A DNA stretch of 64,000 nt from Nitrospirota bacterium (GCA_963740085.1 CAVUCU010000001.1:192001-256000), one strand, 5' to 3'. Numbered from the stretch's first letter, positions 1 through 10,134 are shown. The notes: generated by a model from the sequence alone, not told the origin. A program made the numbers and translations.

Positions 1-559
1 CCGGCTGTATGGGAGGCGCGGGCGGGGTTTCTCTTTCCGCCGCAGGCATTGATTGAGGCTGTGGCACGAACAATGGTTCTGGTTCTGGCTCTGACTTTGG
101 CTCAGGCATCTGCTCAGATAGTTGTTCAGCAGTAAGTTCACCTTTTGATTTTACCGGCGTGAGGGTCTCGGACTTATCCTCAACAGTCGGTTCCAGCTTC
201 GATGCCGGTGTAGATTCAAAATGATCCGGTTCGATAGACAACGGGGCCTTTTCCTCCAGCGCATTTTCATACGTGGTTTGCTCTGCAAAGTCAGAGGTCT
301 TTGATTGAGTCTCCGGAGAGGCCGTCTCCCCGGAAGCAGGTTCCACTCCTTCAGGAGACAAAGACGCCGGGGCGGGCTTTGCTTCAAACAAATCGAGAAC
401 GGAAACGGCACCGTGTGAAAGAGTGTAATGCTCAAAGTCCCCGCGTGTGATCTTCACATATGCGCCGCAGCGCGTACACGGGAACTTTATCCCTGCTCCG
501 GTGATCTTGTCATCCGAGACACGGAAAAGCTTATTGCATTTTTCACACCGGACTTCCAT
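1..559 (-). CDS. MJ0042-type zinc-ribbon domain protein with Pro/Glu-rich linker (3' end outside window)
   Basis: Not in ORF track because no stop lies in the window. ATG at 559 follows AGGAGG and reads MEVRCEKCNKLFRVSDDKITGAGIKFPCTRCGAYVKI (two CxxC), then PEPKSEPEPEP-like low complexity. Confidence 0.7.
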   Translation of the reverse strand, partial: MEVRCEKCNKLFRVSDDKITGAGIKFPCTRCGAYVKITRGDFEHYTLSHGAVSVLDLFEAKPAPASLSPEGVEPASGETASPETQSKTSDFAEQTTYENALEEKAPLSIEPDHFESTPASKLEPTVEDKSETLTPVKSKGELTAEQLSEQMPEPKSEPEPEPLFVPQPQSMPAAERETPPAPPIQP

Positions 560-736
560 CCTGCAAAGCCTCCTGATCTGAACTAGATCTGTAATAATGA
601 TATCTGAATTAGAAACAGTAGAGAACAACTTAAATCCAAAAACATGAGAGCAGCAAATTCCTTAGTAACAAGTTTGCCGCGCATCGTGTTGCGGCCTTCA
701 TATTCGTTCTATTGTAGTATATTTTTTAAAAATTAT

Positions 737-934
737 CTACTCTTCTGTATGTTTTTTTTCTTCCCGGTCTGCAGCGGGTATTTCCGTCTTTTCACAGGCG
801 ATCCGGTATTCATCCGAGGCCCACTTCCCCAGATCGATCAGTCTGCATCGCTCAGAACAAAATGGCCTGAATTCATTTCCGTCCCAACGCGTTTCTTTTT
901 TGCAGAGAGGGCACCTGATAATTTTTTGTTTCAT
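737..934 (-). CDS. yacG: DNA gyrase inhibitor YacG
   Basis: CPLC...[23 protein letters not shown] signature. Confidence 0.92.
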   Translation of the reverse strand: MKQKIIRCPLCKKETRWDGNEFRPFCSERCRLIDLGKWASDEYRIACEKTEIPAADREEKKHTEE

Positions 935-971
935 AGGGTCCGATTCCCGGCTTCCGTTTTCCCGTTCCGAT

Positions 972-1646
972 TCATTTTAGCACATACGCTATCGGCACTT
1001 CAATCCATCCCTGTACTGAAGGCATGGGAGCAGCGCTGTATACAGCCCGGATAGAAGCGCTGTCCAGTATTTCGTAGCCGGAGCTTTTCACTACTTCAAC
1101 CGCGTCTACATTGCCTGCCGAATTAAGCCTGAACCTCAGCCGCACTTCACCTTCGATCCCCCGCTCTCGCGCGAGCCGGGGATAGTTCTTGGTACGCTCA
1201 ATGGCGGCCTGGATCGCCGTCCATTGCTGCGGCGCTATAGATCCTTTACCCGCGTTTTCGCCCTCACCCGCCCCTGCGGGGACGATCGTTTGCCCGTGAA
1301 CATCGGTGTCTGCATCACTGCCACTACTGTCTGATGCAGCAGTGGGAGAATAATCCGGGACTGTTTGGGCTGCGCTCAGATCTGCGGGAGGCTCAAGAGG
1401 GGCTGTTTGCTTTGGTTCAGACATCACACTGACAGTCTGAGGAGTGACTGCTCGTGGTCTCATGCCGTGCCGCTGGATCGTCCCTGCACCTCCCCGGGGA
1501 CCGGGGTCCCCGGGTATGAGTGACACGAGAATAGTACGCGGATAGGACGAGGAGTACCCTTGCCCGTAGTGGGCCACCGCGATCGCACTGCTGAAGATCA
1601 GCAGGTGAGCCGCGATAGAAAGATATAGTGAGCGTCGGAACGTCAT
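972..1646 (-). CDS. tonB: TonB energy transducer
   Basis: N-terminal TM helix with SIAAH, Pro-rich linker, C-terminal [14 protein letters not shown]...KSSGYEILD; lies downstream of a TonB-dependent receptor. Confidence 0.9.
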   Translation of the reverse strand: MTFRRSLYLSIAAHLLIFSSAIAVAHYGQGYSSSYPRTILVSLIPGDPGPRGGAGTIQRHGMRPRAVTPQTVSVMSEPKQTAPLEPPADLSAAQTVPDYSPTAASDSSGSDADTDVHGQTIVPAGAGEGENAGKGSIAPQQWTAIQAAIERTKNYPRLARERGIEGEVRLRFRLNSAGNVDAVEVVKSSGYEILDSASIRAVYSAAPMPSVQGWIEVPIAYVLK

Positions 1647-1662
1647 ACTAAAAGGAACCTTG

Positions 1663-1746
1663 TAGGCTTGAATTACTGGAAATAGAAATCAGGGAACCCC
1701 TTTCTCAATTTCATACTATCCAGTCTTCCAAGCCTCCCTTCCTCCA
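1663..1746. repeat. Imperfect intergenic inverted repeat with weak 8-bp periodicity
   Basis: AGGCTTG..ACTGGA..GAAAT pairs with ATTTC..TCCAGT..CAAGCCT. Confidence 0.45.
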
Positions 1747-1756
1747 AAATTACAGA

Positions 1757-3613
1757 TTAGAACTGTGCGGTGAGCCCGCCATAGAGCTCTTGCGGCGGCA
1801 TGGGATAGCCGGCTATTGTTTCGTACTTCCGGTTAAACATATTTTTCATCCCGATAAAGACATCCAGTTTAAATCCCTTCTCAAAAGCGATTGTTTCGAT
1901 CATTTTTCCGTCAACAGTATAATAATCCCACTTTTCAGCGCCTGGCCGGACATAGTTTTTGACCCTTCGCCCATTAAGCGACAGGGTTGTCTGATTGTCC
2001 AGTGCCAGGCTTAAAGAACCCCCCAGTTCCATATCCGGGATGTGAGAGATATCCGAGAATATCCGATCTCCGGTCAACAAATCGACCGGGAACATTCGGG
2101 TGTAGTTGATCGACCCGGACAACAGCTTGGTAATAAGAAAATGCAATTCCGCCTCGGTCCCGGTAATTCGTGCCCTGCCGATATTCATGGGTGTGAAGGC
2201 AAATGGATTTAACGGATCGATGGGCTGCCAGACAATAAGATCGTTCACCCTTCGCTTGAAGGCGGTAAATTTTATATAATTACCGGTTCCGAACGGCTGT
2301 TCTATCCCGCCATCAAATTCCTCCGATGTTTCAGGCCGCAGGTCCAGGTTCCCATGGTCCCCGAATGGATCCTGGAAATACAGGTCATTTAAGGTAGGCG
2401 CCCTGAAACCCTTTCCGGTAGACGCCCTCAAAATGGTCCCGATTCCAGCCTGGAGATAACGGACACTCGCCCGGGGACTGAACTTATTGCCGAAAGAAGA
2501 ATTGTTGTCATTCCGTCCCCCCAAAACGACGATGACCGAGTCACCGAGGTTCAACTCTTCCTGGAGGTACGCTGACGAGATAGTTGCCGTATGAGTGCCT
2601 GCGGTATTGTTGACCAGGGAGTCCTCCCGCCCCTCAGTACCCGCCGTAAGCATCGAAAACGAGCTCATCAGCCAGTTTACCTGTATTTCTGTTCCGGACG
2701 TTACGCTCCGGTTCGTGTCGAACTCGAGAAAGTCTGGATTCTGATAACCGATATGTTCCTGATTTCGATAGACGCGCAAGCTGTAATCAAGCCCTTGGGA
2801 AAGTCGGGCCTTATATAGAAGACCGGAGATCGCATCGCGGGTCTGCTGGCGCGCGACCGGTGACGAGAAGTCCACAGAACCGGGCACACCGAGATCTTTT
2901 GTAATGTAATCGAATGTCCCTTCGATCGAAGAGCTCGTGTCCAGATCGTAGCCGATCTTGATCCCGGCGACCTTCTGATCAGAGTCACTGTTCGCACGGT
3001 AACCATGAGAACGTTCCTTGCTCAGCGATAAGGCATAGTACGTATTGTTCTCCCTGCCGGTATTATAGAGCGAGGCCGAAGTATAACCACTACGCCCCAT
3101 CGAGCCGCTCAGCGTCGTCAGGGGAGTTGCGGGCTTCTTGGTGATAATGTTTACCACACCGCCCATGGCATCGGAGCCATACAATGCAGAAGATGGACCG
3201 CGGACGATCTCAATGCGCTCGATAGCGGACATCGGGACCGGCAGCTCTGACAGGTCGTATCCACCCGCGCTTCCCGAATTCAACCGTTTGCCGTCCAGCA
3301 GCACCAATACCTGCTGGTACGTGGAACCCCGCAGTGTGACCGATTGAAGCGCTCCAACGGGTCCCTGCTCATTCACCATCACTCCGGCCTTGGTGCTGAT
3401 GACATCCGCGACATTCGTCGCGCCCGACTTCTGGATCTCGTCGGCAGAGATCACCGTGACCGACTGGGTCACATCCTGCGGTTGTTTTTCCGTCTTCGTG
3501 GCAGTGACCACCACTTCCTTTAATTGCACATTTTCGTCCGCCATAACAATTGAACCGGACGAAACGAATCCCAATACTGCCGAAATTAAAACTACGAAAC
3601 TTCTCCTGACCAT
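1757..3613 (-). CDS. btuB: TonB-dependent cobalamin receptor (BtuB-like)
   Basis: Signal peptide, VVVTAT TonB box, IERIEIVRGPSSALYGSDAMGGVVNIIT plug motif, C-terminal Phe; B12 riboswitch upstream. Confidence 0.88.
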   Translation of the reverse strand: MVRRSFVVLISAVLGFVSSGSIVMADENVQLKEVVVTATKTEKQPQDVTQSVTVISADEIQKSGATNVADVISTKAGVMVNEQGPVGALQSVTLRGSTYQQVLVLLDGKRLNSGSAGGYDLSELPVPMSAIERIEIVRGPSSALYGSDAMGGVVNIITKKPATPLTTLSGSMGRSGYTSASLYNTGRENNTYYALSLSKERSHGYRANSDSDQKVAGIKIGYDLDTSSSIEGTFDYITKDLGVPGSVDFSSPVARQQTRDAISGLLYKARLSQGLDYSLRVYRNQEHIGYQNPDFLEFDTNRSVTSGTEIQVNWLMSSFSMLTAGTEGREDSLVNNTAGTHTATISSAYLQEELNLGDSVIVVLGGRNDNNSSFGNKFSPRASVRYLQAGIGTILRASTGKGFRAPTLNDLYFQDPFGDHGNLDLRPETSEEFDGGIEQPFGTGNYIKFTAFKRRVNDLIVWQPIDPLNPFAFTPMNIGRARITGTEAELHFLITKLLSGSINYTRMFPVDLLTGDRIFSDISHIPDMELGGSLSLALDNQTTLSLNGRRVKNYVRPGAEKWDYYTVDGKMIETIAFEKGFKLDVFIGMKNMFNRKYETIAGYPMPPQELYGGLTAQF

Positions 3614-3642
3614 ATTCTTTCTCCTTTTTTCGAGGTTGTGGG

Positions 3643-3866
3643 AATGTGAGGTCTCCTGGCTTAGGACTCCCTACTCGCCGGCCTTCCCATCATGGGTTAG
3701 GTCCATGACAGTGGTTTTGAGAACCGCAGTTGTTCATGGGCGTCATTCGCTCCAAACTTCGAACTCCTGACTCCTCACGCCGCACGCTTCTCATCGGCTT
3801 TCGTTTCCATCACAGTTGCGGGACAGCTGGGGAATCGCACCCCCTTCCGCTGCATCATTCCCGGGG
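3643..3866 (-). promoter_or_regulatory. Cobalamin riboswitch upstream of btuB, with enlarged peripheral insert
   Basis: Minus strand: GGAAGGGGGTGCGATTCCCCAGCTGTCCCGCAACTGTGA...CCACTG...TGGGAAGG...AAGCCAGGAGACCT (B12 box). Confidence 0.9.
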
Positions 3867-3914
3867 AAAATACATACTGCTGTTCCTGGTACTCGACCAT
3901 CAGTCGCATTGATG

Positions 3915-4715
3915 TTAATTCCGTCCGCTCCTCCTTTCTGCGAAGTTACTGTCGTAGCTTATATAGGCGCCATGTGAAGCTGACCGTATCACCTCGACGT
4001 TCACGCCAAAGGCTTTTTTCAGCATGCTTTGCGACAGGACCTCATCGGGCCTGCCGGAGCCGATGAGGTTCCCGTCCTTGATCAGCATCACGTTCTCGAA
4101 CTGGAGAGCCATGTTGATGTCGTGAAGGGCCATGATCACGGCGATGTTCCGTGTCTCCCGCAGGTTCTTGAGAAGCTTCACCAGTTCTATCTGATATTTG
4201 ATATCGAGGTTCGCGAGCGGCTCGTCAAGCAGCAGGAGCCCCGCGCCCTGCACCAGCGTCATGCAGATGAAGGTCCTGCGCCGCTCGCCGCCGGAGAGGT
4301 CCGTGAGGCGCGCATTCGCCTTGTCTCTGAGGCCAACCATGTCCAGGGCCTCGTCAACGCTCAGGGCAGGCGGTATATCATAGGGATAGAGCCCCATGCT
4401 TACCAGTTCCTTGACCGTGAAGGGCACGCTGATATCGAGCGTCTGCGGCAGATAGCTGATCAGTTTTGCGCGGTCCCTGCTGTTCTGCGCAAGGAGGTCC
4501 TTGCCCCATAACCTGAGCAGGCCCGACGATGGCTTCAGGATGCCACAGGCAAGCTTCAGTATCGTGGACTTGCCCGAACCGTTCGCGCCCAAAAGCCCGA
4601 TGAAGCCGCCCTCCGGGATCGAGAACGAGAGATCATGAATGAATGAGCTGTCTTTTTCGTAGGAATAGCGGACACGCTCAAGCTCAAGGATAGGTGGTTT
4701 AGATGCTGAGGACAT
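3915..4715 (-). CDS. btuD: Cobalamin/iron-chelate ABC transporter ATPase (BtuD-like)
   Basis: GANGSGKS Walker A, LSGGE, LLDEP; operon context. Confidence 0.85.
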   Translation of the reverse strand: MSSASKPPILELERVRYSYEKDSSFIHDLSFSIPEGGFIGLLGANGSGKSTILKLACGILKPSSGLLRLWGKDLLAQNSRDRAKLISYLPQTLDISVPFTVKELVSMGLYPYDIPPALSVDEALDMVGLRDKANARLTDLSGGERRRTFICMTLVQGAGLLLLDEPLANLDIKYQIELVKLLKNLRETRNIAVIMALHDINMALQFENVMLIKDGNLIGSGRPDEVLSQSMLKKAFGVNVEVIRSASHGAYISYDSNFAERRSGRN

Positions 4716-5664
4716 TTTTTTTCCTCAAGAGATAAAGAAAATAGGGTGCACCGATGATCGCCGTGACCACCCCTGCGGGAAGCTCCATCGGCGGCAGTAC
4801 GGAGCGGCTGACCAGGTCGGCAATGCACAAAAGAGACCCGCCCCCGAGCGCTGATGCCGGGATCAGCATCCTGCTGTCCGACCCCATGAAGAACCGCATG
4901 ATATGCGGTATAAGCAGGCCGATGAAGCCGATCATCCCGCCAAGCGACACGGAAGCCGCGGTCAATAATCCGACCGAGACGAAGAGTATGAACCGTTCGC
5001 GCTGGGGAGAGAACCCGAGGCTATGGGCGAATTCATCTCCCAGGATGAGCGCGTTCAGGGCCTTGGCCCTCGTGGCGGACAAAACGATACCGACAACAAC
5101 AAAGGCAAGCCCATAGGGTATCCTGGACCACTCGGACATGGAAAGGTCGCCGAAGATCCAGAGCATGGCCCGACGCAGCCCCTCGTCGGTTGAGATGCTC
5201 ATCATCAGCATAAGAAGCGCCGAGAAGAGAAAGCTCAGGCCTACGCCCGCAAGCAGCAGCCGCTCGGGCCAGAGCCCTCCCCGCTTCCATCCCATCACGC
5301 CGACGATGCCGCCGGTGACCAGGGCCCCGACAAAAGCGAGTGCGGGCACGGTGAAGCTGCCGAGAAAGGACATTCCTCCGATGATGCCGAGTGCGGCGGT
5401 AAGCGACGCGCCGCTCGAGATACCGAGAATATAAGGATCGGCGAGCGGATTTCTCAGGATGCCCTGTAGCACCGCACCCGCAGCGCCCAGGGCCATACCC
5501 ATGAGCATCGCCACGAGAACGCGCGGCAGCCTGATCGAGAACAGGATCTCGCGCTCGATCGCGCTCAACGGACCCGGCGTGATGATCTGCGGCCCGAGAA
5601 ATAGCGCACAGGCGAAAATGAACAAAGCCACAAGAATTACTATGAATATCCTTATTTGAGACAT
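4699..5664 (-). CDS. btuC: Cobalamin ABC transporter permease (FecCD/BtuC family)
   Basis: IRLPRVL, QGILRNPLADPYILGISSGA, GMIGFIGLLIPH motifs. Confidence 0.88.
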   Translation of the reverse strand: MSQIRIFIVILVALFIFACALFLGPQIITPGPLSAIEREILFSIRLPRVLVAMLMGMALGAAGAVLQGILRNPLADPYILGISSGASLTAALGIIGGMSFLGSFTVPALAFVGALVTGGIVGVMGWKRGGLWPERLLLAGVGLSFLFSALLMLMMSISTDEGLRRAMLWIFGDLSMSEWSRIPYGLAFVVVGIVLSATRAKALNALILGDEFAHSLGFSPQRERFILFVSVGLLTAASVSLGGMIGFIGLLIPHIMRFFMGSDSRMLIPASALGGGSLLCIADLVSRSVLPPMELPAGVVTAIIGAPYFLYLLRKKNVLSI

Positions 5665-6494
5665 TCAGCCAATTCCTCAATACCCCTGACGACCCGGGGA
5701 GCGAGTCGGTATAAATTGTCGCTCACGTAACAGACCTTGTTATTCCTGACCGCGGGCACCAGGGAGAGTCTCTTCAAAAAGCCCTGCGAGACAGCCCTCA
5801 TGTCCATCCCAGTGGCCTTTCCGATGAACAGAACATCCGGCGCCCGCCGCAGGACCTCTTCGATCGAATACTTCGGATAAGCCGTCGCCGCGCCATGGGC
5901 GATGTTCTCGTAGCCAAGAAGCGCAATTGCATCATCCATGGCAGTACCGGGGCCTGCCACGATCAACGGTTCAGGCCAGACGATGAACAAGACTTTTTTT
6001 GAAGTCCTTGACCCTTGACCCTTGACGCCTGATTCGAATGTCTCGATCGCCCGTTGGATCCCGTCAGCAAGCTTCACCGCCTCTTTATGCACCTCAACCG
6101 CCGCGCCCAACTCCCTGATCCCCTGCGGAAGGTCCTTGAGCCTCCGTGCCGTAAACACGAAGGTCTTGATGTTGAGTGAACGAAGACGTTCAACGAATTC
6201 TTTCGGATTTCCATCAGTCGTGGCCACCACGAGATCAGGTTTAAGCGACACAACTGCCTCGAGCGATGGATTCGACATCCCGCCGATCTTGGGCTTTCTC
6301 TTTGCCTCCTCGGGATAATCGCAGAAGGTCGTGACGCCAACGATCCGATCGCCGAGCCCGAGCGCGAAAAGGATCTCCGTCGTGTTTGGCGCGAGCGAGA
6401 TGATGCGCTGCGGCGGAGCACCCGATCCGCCGGCAAAGACCGGGCGGGAGAGGCCTGCAAGGATTACAAGTATAATGATGAAATATCTCTTCAT
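5652..6494 (-). CDS. btuF: Cobalamin-binding periplasmic protein (BtuF-like)
   Basis: Signal peptide, RIISLAPNTTEILFALG...CDYP; B12 riboswitch upstream. Confidence 0.88.
   Translation of the reverse strand: MKRYFIIILVILAGLSRPVFAGGSGAPPQRIISLAPNTTEILFALGLGDRIVGVTTFCDYPEEAKRKPKIGGMSNPSLEAVVSLKPDLVVATTDGNPKEFVERLRSLNIKTFVFTARRLKDLPQGIRELGAAVEVHKEAVKLADGIQRAIETFESGVKGQGSRTSKKVLFIVWPEPLIVAGPGTAMDDAIALLGYENIAHGAATAYPKYSIEEVLRRAPDVLFIGKATGMDMRAVSQGFLKRLSLVPAVRNNKVCYVSDNLYRLAPRVVRGIEELAECLK
6006..6033. repeat. Heptamer tandem repeat (CCTTGAC)x3 plus one degenerate unit, inside btuF
   Basis: Exact copies at 6006, 6013 and 6020; encodes SGVKGQGSR on the minus strand. Confidence 0.8.
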
Positions 6495-6530
6495 GCCTTC
6501 ATGGTAACCTCGTGCCTTCTGGTTAAGATG

Positions 6531-6567
6531 AAAAAAAATCCCCGGTCTTCTTTCAAGACCGGGGATT
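6531..6567 (-). terminator. Intrinsic terminator (riboswitch expression platform)
   Basis: AATCCCCGGTCTT-GAAAG-AAGACCGGGGATT followed by a T-run on the minus strand, between the riboswitch and btuF start. Confidence 0.85.
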
Positions 6568-6619
6568 AATAAGTGATATTAACCCACACATTATCTTAAC
6601 GCCGAAGACTGTGCGAGGA

Positions 6620-6790
6620 CATCCAGACAGGTCTTCTGGCTCTCCCACCCTGTCCGCCTTCCCAGCCCGGATGGGCCAGTGGCATTTCAGACAGAGATAA
6701 AGGCCTCGCATTCAGCGAGGCCGGGATTACAGCGGCGGGTCCGCTCCCGATTTAAACGGGATTCCCTTCGCCTGGATGTGATCGTGCTCT
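6620..6790 (-). promoter_or_regulatory. Cobalamin riboswitch upstream of btuFCD
   Basis: Minus strand: AAGGGAATCCCGTTTAAATCGGGAGCGGACCCGCCGCTGTAA...GCCACTG...TGGGAAGG...GAGCCAGAAGACCTG. Confidence 0.93.
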
Positions 6791-6866
6791 ATGTAGGTTG
6801 TCTTTATAACATATGAGGATGATAAAGTCAAAATTTTTTAAACCGGCTCATCGGACTTCCGTACCC

Positions 6867-7322
6867 TCACTTTCCCCCCACCTGCACCCATGTGGCGGAG
6901 GTGACCTTCCAGATATCGGATTCTTTCTTCATCTCTGCGACGAAGGCATAGACGCCGAGCGACTCAGGAATAAGGTCCGACGCGGAACCGGTTTTATTGC
7001 CTCCGGTCAGGACGGCCTGAAAAACCGCCTTGGCGAATGTGCCGGAAACAGATATCTCGAGGTCTGTGATATAAACGGATATCCTGGGGTGCTGGTAGAA
7101 ATAGCCGAGAAGAAGCCCTTTGAGCGAGTCGTAGTTGAACCCCTGCGGATCAAGGTATGTCTTCGACAGGCTGTTGATGATCTTCTTAATATCCTTCTCT
7201 TCAGCCGCCTTCTGAATGCCGGTGATGACCTTCTTGACCTTGTCCTGGTCGGTTTCTTTGTGACAACCGGAGTTTGTGATGCTCATGGCGATAAGAAGTA
7301 CTATCGAGACAGCAGTTCTCAT
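6867..7322 (-). CDS. Putative lipoprotein, NTF2-like fold
   Basis: Hydrophobic N-terminus ending NSGC; C-terminal KKESDIWKVTSA typical of NTF2-like proteins. Confidence 0.6.
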   Translation of the reverse strand: MRTAVSIVLLIAMSITNSGCHKETDQDKVKKVITGIQKAAEEKDIKKIINSLSKTYLDPQGFNYDSLKGLLLGYFYQHPRISVYITDLEISVSGTFAKAVFQAVLTGGNKTGSASDLIPESLGVYAFVAEMKKESDIWKVTSATWVQVGGK

Positions 7323-7434
7323 GGGTTATTTACACGCTTTCTACTTACGGAACCAAGCTTAGCCGAGCCTGCCGGGTGAGGATTGTTGGCGAGTTATTTT
7401 CAAAATATAACTTCTCCCCTGCAGCCCCCTCACT

Positions 7435-7821
7435 TTAACCCGTTTTGTCCAGGCTCCATTTACCCCCGCCCCGCGAGGCAATGAAGAGAAAAACAAAGCA
7501 GTAGAGAACAGCCAACTCACCCTTGTTCACTGCTGGAAAGAACGCCGGTCCCATTTGGAACTTCCAGTGGAACTGAAAATAAGCCACGGCCATCTCGCCG
7601 CTGGCCAGGAACGCAGCCCAGCGGGTGCGAAAACCGACCATTACCAGCAGGCCGCACGTTAATTCAATAAGCCCGCCGAACCAGAGCTGAGACCCCACCG
7701 GAGGCATGAAATCGGAAAGCACTCCCAGGATCTTCTGGGCGCCGTGAAACGAAAACATGAATCCCGCCATGATACGCATCAAGGCGTAAGCGTAGTCTGA
7801 ATACTTTTCAAGCTGCTTCAT
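7435..7821 (-). CDS. DoxX family membrane protein
   Basis: LMRIMAGFMFSFHGAQK...GFRTRWAAFLASGEMAVAYF...GGGKWSLD; strong RBS. Confidence 0.9.
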   Translation of the reverse strand: MKQLEKYSDYAYALMRIMAGFMFSFHGAQKILGVLSDFMPPVGSQLWFGGLIELTCGLLVMVGFRTRWAAFLASGEMAVAYFQFHWKFQMGPAFFPAVNKGELAVLYCFVFLFIASRGGGKWSLDKTG

Positions 7822-8004
7822 GAGTGTACCCTCCTCCTAAGGAATTATACACTCTTTCTGTCAGATTGGCGAGTTATGGAGAACGACTGCTTTAGAGCCC
7901 CTTTGTACTTATGATCTTCAGATTAATACGCACGTTCAGCCTGTAAAGATCCGCTTTCCGCTCCGCGGGATTACGGGATAGACGAAAAAACGATATAACA
8001 GCCG

Positions 8005-8562
8005 TCACCTCGCCAGCGCATAACTCAGCAGCACATTCCCGTTGCCGAATTCCCGCGTCTTTGTCAGCTTCAGGGAGAAACGGTCTTTCACTCCTTCGAA
8101 CATGGTCTTACCCTTGCCGATAACAACCGGATTCAGCAGGATCTGGTATTCATCGATCAAACGCTCCTGCGCCAATTGCGAAACAATGCTGCCGCTTCCC
8201 AGCACGGTAAGGTCCTTTTCCGACTCCTGCTTCAAATTCCGGATTTCCGACAGCAGGTCGTTTTTCACCAGCCTCGTATTGTTCCAGTCGACCTTATTCA
8301 GAGTCCGGGAAAAGACGATCTTCTTCGCGCTATTCATGCCCCGGGCCACGATAGGATCGTTCTTGATCGCTTCCGGGGTCGGCCAGTAGCTGGCCATGAG
8401 CTCGTACGTAACGCGGCCGAACAGGAGTGTGTTTCCCGAATTTGAAGCTTCTTTTGCCAGTTCCTGAAACTCCTCATCCACGTTATGCCAGGAGATGTCG
8501 CCGCCCTGTCCCGCAAAGTATCCGTCCAACGTCATCAGGTTGAATACGGTCAGTTTTCTCAT
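8005..8562 (-). CDS. Dihydrofolate reductase family (RibD C-terminal-like) protein
   Basis: MRKLTVFNLMTLDGY, LLFGRVTYE, LGSGSIV, LIDEY..LNPVVIGKG; start moved to ATG 8562. Confidence 0.88.
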   Translation of the reverse strand: MRKLTVFNLMTLDGYFAGQGGDISWHNVDEEFQELAKEASNSGNTLLFGRVTYELMASYWPTPEAIKNDPIVARGMNSAKKIVFSRTLNKVDWNNTRLVKNDLLSEIRNLKQESEKDLTVLGSGSIVSQLAQERLIDEYQILLNPVVIGKGKTMFEGVKDRFSLKLTKTREFGNGNVLLSYALAR

Positions 8563-8697
8563 CGCAGCGTCCTTTCTCTCGAGTCGTGCCGTCATTCGAG
8601 CGCAAAAGAACCGGTCTTCAAACCGCCCCCGGACGGTAAACACTGATAATAACGCCACTCCTGGTGAAACTACACGTTGATGATATGAATGCTCTCC

Positions 8698-9675
8698 TCA
8701 TGCTGCCTTTCTTTCAATGTTAAGTTTCGCCAGCAGCTCTGCAAGACGGTCCATGGTCTCGAACACGCCTTCCTCCATCCCCGCCTTGATCATCTCGTCC
8801 CGGTCCTCAACCGTTTGGAACACGGATCTTTCCGTTACCTTTGTCCTGCCGTTGAGCCCTTCGAAGGTCGCCGTTTCAAGCGATACATGACCCGGCGTGC
8901 CTTCGAATTCAAAGGTGTCGACAATTCTCTGGGGCGAAAGGATCTCGTGATATACGCCGTGAAATGCGTACTTGTTGCCCGCGGCATCCTTCTGGACAAA
9001 TCGCCAGAGACCGCCCGGCCTCACGTCCATCTTGTCGATCACGGTCTTAAACCGCTTCGGCCCCCACCACTGCGGTATCAGGTTCGGGTCCGTGTATGCT
9101 TTGAACACGAGCTTTCGTGGCGCATCAAACACTCGCGTGATGATGAGCTCTTGTTTTCCCCGCTCTGCCATGATCCTGGTATGGTCTCTTGTCACAATGC
9201 TTTCGGCGAGTTTATCGAAGGATTCGCTCCAACCGGTCTGAGTCAAATCTCTCATCGGGCCCTCCGGGATGCCTTCATGCCGCAGAATCATTTTTGTCTT
9301 GCCGCCGATCTCTTCGAACGTCACCGTCACTTGTAACTCAAGCGGCCAGTCTCCGATCAGTCCGTAGTGCGACGCCGGTACCACGTTCCCCTTCTCATCT
9401 GCGAAACTATCGGTTACGACAATTCGCTCCATGTGAACGATCTCCCGATAAACGCCGGTGCTCCAATAGTCCTTACCGTCCGGACCACGCATACAATAGA
9501 GATACCTGCCGCCCACACGGAGGTCGTTTTTGATGACCGGCGCTGTGAATATTTTAGGTCCCCACCACTTCTTTAAACGCTCAGGTTCGGTCCATGCCTT
9601 CCATATGCGCTCCCGCGGTGCATCGAAGATCCGTGTGATTATTAATTCTTTTTTATTTTTTATTGCTGTTACCAT
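8698..9675 (-). CDS. Tandem SRPBCC (AHSA1-like) domain protein
   Basis: Two ELIITRxFDAPR..KA.T.P....WWGP domains; start at ATG 9675 after AGGAGGTG. Confidence 0.88.
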   Translation of the reverse strand: MVTAIKNKKELIITRIFDAPRERIWKAWTEPERLKKWWGPKIFTAPVIKNDLRVGGRYLYCMRGPDGKDYWSTGVYREIVHMERIVVTDSFADEKGNVVPASHYGLIGDWPLELQVTVTFEEIGGKTKMILRHEGIPEGPMRDLTQTGWSESFDKLAESIVTRDHTRIMAERGKQELIITRVFDAPRKLVFKAYTDPNLIPQWWGPKRFKTVIDKMDVRPGGLWRFVQKDAAGNKYAFHGVYHEILSPQRIVDTFEFEGTPGHVSLETATFEGLNGRTKVTERSVFQTVEDRDEMIKAGMEEGVFETMDRLAELLAKLNIERKAA

Positions 9676-9788
9676 GATGCACCTCCTACTCTGTGGCACC
9701 ACCAGTTAAGTTGCGAGAGAGGCGCCTGGGGTCGGTCTTCACCTCTCGCGCTGCTTCCTGACCGATATCGAATGGTGCTCCCCGTGCT

Positions 9789-9956
9789 CTACTCATGGCC
9801 GAGCGTCATGCTGCTTTTTTGCATGTACAATGGGACGAACACCTCGTCGCAGAATGCCTCGAACGACGCCGTTGTGGCGTTTCCCATCGTGCGCGTTACG
9901 ATCTTTATCCGACCCTCATTAAAGGCCTAGCTCATCCCGGTGCATTGCCTGCTCAT
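9789..9956 (-). pseudogene. Possible C-terminal remnant of an NmrA-like NAD(P)H-binding protein
   Basis: Reads MS*AFNEGRIKIVTRTMGNATTASFEAFCDEVFVPLY with an in-frame TAG at 9927-9929; resembles NmrA-family C-termini (from memory). Confidence 0.4.
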
Positions 9957-9985
9957 GCCAGGCGACAGCTAACACAATACGACAC

Positions 9986-10010
9986 ATAAAGGATGATTAT
10001 TATCCTTTAT
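9986..10010. promoter_or_regulatory. Palindromic operator-like site
   Basis: ATAAAGGAT-N7-ATCCTTTAT perfect 9-bp inverted repeat upstream of the SRPBCC/DHFR genes. Confidence 0.45.
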
Positions 10011-10134
10011 TTATAGGATAGCATCAGATTGCAACGGCGTCAACCCTCGCTATCCTGCTCTACGCTTTTTATTTGTCGAATTATTTTCAGTGCTACAATG
10101 AGAGTAAAAGCACTCGGAGAAAGTTTATAAGAGA

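Noticed and set aside
9927-9929. In-frame TAG as pyrrolysine
   Set aside because: It lies in a short fragment lacking its N-terminal domain; decay is the simpler explanation.
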